DNA of 32,838 nt from an uncultured delta proteobacterium (GTDB taxonomy: Bacteria; Myxococcota; Myxococcia; Myxococcales; Anaeromyxobacteraceae). The notes under the pieces are model-generated. The model was not told where the DNA came from and did no database searches. It saw nothing but the letters and a program-made list of their open reading frames with translations. Of the stretch, positions 28,788 through 32,838 are shown piece after piece. The position numbers were made by a program, and so were the translations under genes. Position 1 is the stretch's first letter, and every line of letters begins with the position of its first letter. The stretch is from the NCBI GenBank assembly GCA_963845515.1, contig CAWJSR010000036.1, positions 1 through 32,838 of the forward strand, in the 5' to 3' direction.

Positions 28788-29891
28788 ATGAAGACAGGAA
28801 CCTCGTCGTTCACGGTGGTCGCCGCCGCTCTCCTCGCTGCATGTGGTGGCTCCAACTCCAGCTCCAGCGGAGGGTCGGGAACGGACGGCAATGACTCGTT
28901 CGCCGCGGCCCAGGCCGTCGCCGTCGGCTCGTCGACCACGAGCGTCATCTCGTCTTCGACGGATCACGACTGGTACAAGTTCACGACGACCGGGGCTGGG
29001 GACGTGGCCGTCGCGATCACAGGCCTCTCGGCCGACGCGAATCTTGCCCTCCTGGACTCCACTCAGGCAGTGCTGGCCGGTAGCAGCAACGCTGGAACGG
29101 CGCCAGACGCGGTGACCTACACCGCGGCCGGAGCGGGCACCTTCTACGTGCACGTCATCCCCCAGGCGGCGGCCGCCTCCTACTCGATGGCGGTGAACTT
29201 CACCCCTGCGACGGTCGGCGACGGGAACGACACCTTCGCCATGGCGCAGACCGTCGCCGTCGGGTCCTCGACCACGGGCGTCATCTCGTCCACGGCGGAC
29301 GACGACTGGTACAAGTTCACGACCACCGGTGCCGGGGACGTGAACGTCGCCCTCACCGGCCTCTCGGGCGACGCGAATCTCGCCCTCTACGACTCCACTC
29401 AGGCACTGCTGGTCAGCAGCAGCAACGCTGGAACGGCAGCAGAGACGGTGGCCTACACTGCGGCCGGAGCGGGCACCTTCTACGTGCACGTCGTCCCTCA
29501 GGCAGCGGGCGCCTCCTACTCGATGGCAGTGAACTTCACCCCTGCGACGGTCGGCGACGGTAACGACACCTTCGCCACGGCGCAGGAAGTCGCCGTCGGG
29601 TCCACGACCGCTGGCGTCATCTCGTCCATGGCGGACGCCGATTGGTACAAGGTCACGGTGGCGGGGCCGGGGACCATCACGGCCACGCTGAGCGGGCTCA
29701 CGGGCGACGCTGACCTCGAGCTCTATGGCGCCGGCGTGAACTACATGGTGTCCGGCAGCTACCAGGCGGGCACGGCGATCGACACCGTGACCTACAACTA
29801 CACCGGGGCCACGGCCTTCACGTTCCGTGTCAAGGTCGTTCCGCTCGCGTCGGTCACTCCCTACACGCTGACTGTGAGCTTCACGCCGTAG
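28788..29891 (+). CDS. Lipoprotein with three PPC-like (pre-peptidase C-terminal) beta-sandwich repeats
   Basis: Lipobox LLAAC and a Ser/Gly linker, then repeats DGND.FA.AQ...D.DWYK...DA.L.L...GTFYVHV. Confidence 0.88.
   Translation: MKTGTSSFTVVAAALLAACGGSNSSSSGGSGTDGNDSFAAAQAVAVGSSTTSVISSSTDHDWYKFTTTGAGDVAVAITGLSADANLALLDSTQAVLAGSSNAGTAPDAVTYTAAGAGTFYVHVIPQAAAASYSMAVNFTPATVGDGNDTFAMAQTVAVGSSTTGVISSTADDDWYKFTTTGAGDVNVALTGLSGDANLALYDSTQALLVSSSNAGTAAETVAYTAAGAGTFYVHVVPQAAGASYSMAVNFTPATVGDGNDTFATAQEVAVGSTTAGVISSMADADWYKVTVAGPGTITATLSGLTGDADLELYGAGVNYMVSGSYQAGTAIDTVTYNYTGATAFTFRVKVVPLASVTPYTLTVSFTP
28884..29888 (+). repeat. Three tandem 336-bp intragenic repeats
   Basis: Units start at 28884, 29220 and 29556. 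Units 1 and 2 share long identical DNA tracts; unit 3 diverges after its first third. Confidence 0.92.
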
Positions 29892-29991
29892 GGCCGGGTG
29901 TCACGGACGGGCACTTCGCGCGCATGACCCTCCGGGGGCGCGGTGACGGCAGGCTTGCAGTGGAGGCCGACGCGGGTGGTAGCCTTCGGGA

Positions 29992-30303
29992 ATGACCACC
30001 GAGACCGCCGCCACCCGTGAGAAGCTCGCCGCCGACCTCAGGGCAGTGATCGACGACACCGAGGAGTTGATCAAGGCCACCGCCGGGCAGGCGGGAGACA
30101 AGATCAACGCCGCTCGCGCCCGCGCCGAGGAGACGCTGCGCGGGGCCAAGGCGCGCATGGCCGAGCTGGGGCAGGCCGGGGCAGAGAAGGCCAGGGCCGC
30201 TGCCAGGGCCACCGACACCTACGTGCATGACAACCCGTGGCAGGCGGTCGGGGTCGCTGCCGGGGTGGGGTTCCTCGTCGGCTGGCTGCTGGGCCGGAAG
30301 TAG
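29992..30303 (+). CDS. yqjD: ElaB/YqjD/DUF883 family tail-anchored protein
   Basis: DTYVHDNPWQAVGVAAGVGFLVGWLLGRK. Confidence 0.93.
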   Translation: MTTETAATREKLAADLRAVIDDTEELIKATAGQAGDKINAARARAEETLRGAKARMAELGQAGAEKARAAARATDTYVHDNPWQAVGVAAGVGFLVGWLLGRK

Positions 30304-30310
30304 TCCTGGG

Positions 30311-30673
30311 ATGCTCCTCGAATCGCTGAAGCGGCTCGCGAGCACCGCGGTCGAGATCGTCCGAACTCGCCTGGAGCTCGTCTCCCTCGATGTCGAGGAG
30401 GCGAAGCTCCGATTCCTCTCGACCCTCCTGCTCGGGGCGGTTGCGTTCCTCTGCCTCTCCCTCGGGGTGGTGATGGGGGCGTTCTGGCTGGTGGCGGCGT
30501 TCTGGGAGACCCACCGGACGCTGGTGCTGGGCCTCCTCACGGGGACCTTCCTCGGAGGCGGGTTGCTGGCGCTGGCGGCGCTGTCCTGGCGGGCCAGGAA
30601 GGGCCCACGCCTGTTTGCCGCTACGCTCGCCGAGCTCGAGAAGGACCGCGAGGCGCTGGGGGGGCGGCGGTGA
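30311..30673 (+). CDS. yqjE: YqjE-like membrane protein (Phage_holin_3_6 family)
   Basis: RTRLELVSLDVEE, two TM helices and FAATLAELEKDREAL; follows the DUF883 gene. Confidence 0.88.
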   Translation: MLLESLKRLASTAVEIVRTRLELVSLDVEEAKLRFLSTLLLGAVAFLCLSLGVVMGAFWLVAAFWETHRTLVLGLLTGTFLGGGLLALAALSWRARKGPRLFAATLAELEKDREALGGRR

Positions 30674-31005
30674 GTCACCGGTGCCACACGGGCCGCCGCG
30701 AGCGCGAGGAGTGCCAGCGGAGCCTCGGCGAGATCCTCGCGCGGAAGCGTGAGCTGATCGAGCGCTCCGCCGGCCAGCGTCAGGCGCTGGCGGAGTCGGC
30801 TGACGGACTGTCCCCGGCCTTCGCGGCGGCGGACAGGGTCGTGAGGGTGGGGCGCGCCATCCTCTCGCGCCCCCTGCTGCTGGCGGGGACCGTAGGGTTC
30901 CTCATCGCCCTCCGGCCCCGTGCCGTCCTCGCCATGGCGACGCGGGGGTTCGCCCTGTGGAACGGCGTGCGGGCCGTCCGTCGGCTCCTCGCACCTCACG
31001 CTTGA
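30670..31005 (+). CDS. YqjK-like protein
   Basis: GTGA overlap with yqj[17 protein letters not shown] and a hydrophobic C-terminal half; third position of the yqjDEK-type operon. Confidence 0.7.
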   Translation: MSHRCHTGRREREECQRSLGEILARKRELIERSAGQRQALAESADGLSPAFAAADRVVRVGRAILSRPLLLAGTVGFLIALRPRAVLAMATRGFALWNGVRAVRRLLAPHA

Positions 31006-31029
31006 CCTTCCCCGCTCCCTGTCGCCACC

Positions 31030-31903
31030 CTAGCTCGGTCGATAGACCTTCAGCAGCGCCTGCGGCCATCTCGGCCGGGCTGGCTGCCACGCTGATGCCG
31101 CACTCCTTCAGCACCGCCACCTTCTCCGCCGCCGTCCCCTTGCCGCCGGAGATGATCGCCCCGGCATGCCCCATCCGCTTGCCCGGCGGGGCGGTGACCC
31201 CGGCGATGTAGGCCGCCACCGGCTTGGTCATGTGCTCCCTGACGAAGTAGGCGCCGTCTTCCTCGGAGCTGCCGCCGATCTCGCCGATCATGATGACCGC
31301 TTCGGTGTCCGGGTCGTCCTCGAACATCCGCAGCACGTCCAGGTGGTTGGTGCCGTTGACCGGGTCGCCGCCGATGCCGACGCAGGTGGACTGGCCGAGG
31401 CCGAGGCAGGTGAGCTGCCAGACCGCTTCGTAGGTCAGGGTGCCGCTGCGGGAGACGACGCCGACCTTGCCCGGCTTGTGGATGTAGCCGGGCATGATGC
31501 CGATCTTGCACTCGCCGGGGGTGATGACGCCGGGGCAGTTGGGGCCGACCAGGCGGGTCTTCTTCCCCTTCATGTACTGCTTGACCTTGACCATGTCGAG
31601 GACCGGGATCCCTTCGGTGATGCAGCAGACCAGCTCGATGCCGGCGTCGACCGCTTCCATGATGGAGTCGGCGGCAAAGGGGGGCGGGACGTAGATGACC
31701 GAGGCGGTGGCGCCGGTCTGGTCGACGGCTTCCTTGACCGTGTCGAAGACGGGGAAGCCGTCGATGATCGGTGCCTCCCTTGCCGGGGGTGACGCCGCCG
31801 ACCATCTGGGTGCCGTATTCGCGGGCGCCCTGGGCGTGAAAGAGGCCGGTGGCGCCGGTGATCCCCTGGGTGATGACCTTGGTATTCTTGTTGATCAGGA
31901 TGC

Positions 31904-31907
<4 letters not shown>
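31030..31907 (-). CDS. sucD: Succinyl-CoA synthetase alpha subunit; at least 2 frameshifts
   Basis: [18 protein letters not shown]...[24 protein letters not shown] and RMGHAGA. Shifts lie near 31770 and 31063; the corrected end is ...[12 protein letters not shown] with TAG at 31030-31032. Confidence 0.95.

Positions 31908-32838
<931 letters not shown>

Noticed and set aside
30311..30673. Holin indicating a prophage
   Set aside because: It is a YqjE-family protein in its usual cellular operon, with no phage genes nearby.

Overview
High-GC bacterial DNA, probably myxobacterial/Anaeromyxobacter-like (inferred from codon style and gene content). Bases 1-4601 are an error-rich inverted copy of about 4613-9374, folded at a hairpin centred near 4607, and are most likely a long-read fold-back artefact. 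Bases 4.6-23.6 kb hold a surface-polysaccharide cluster. It encodes two SAM methyltransferases, a secreted GH-A-like protein, a hexapeptide O-acetyltransferase, GT4, GT2 and WecB/TagA glycosyltransferases, a Gfo/Idh/MocA oxidoreductase with a partner protein, and two secreted SGNH-like proteins. It also encodes an AMP-ligase/NadE-like/AsnB-like/ACP module, a putative outer-membrane beta-barrel, an exosortase-CAAX protease fusion (XrtE type) and a tiny IPEFD-CTERM target. Next come a PAS-domain remnant, pgaBCD without pgaA, a hypothetical gene, a lipoprotein with three 112-aa PPC-like repeats, a yqjD/E/K-like operon, and frameshift-rich sucD and partial sucC of apparently different origin. The best candidate for a poorly described system is the ACP-based acyl/amide tailoring module coupled to SGNH-like proteins and an exosortase-anchored mini-protein. 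All calls come from motif recognition by eye; no searches were run.
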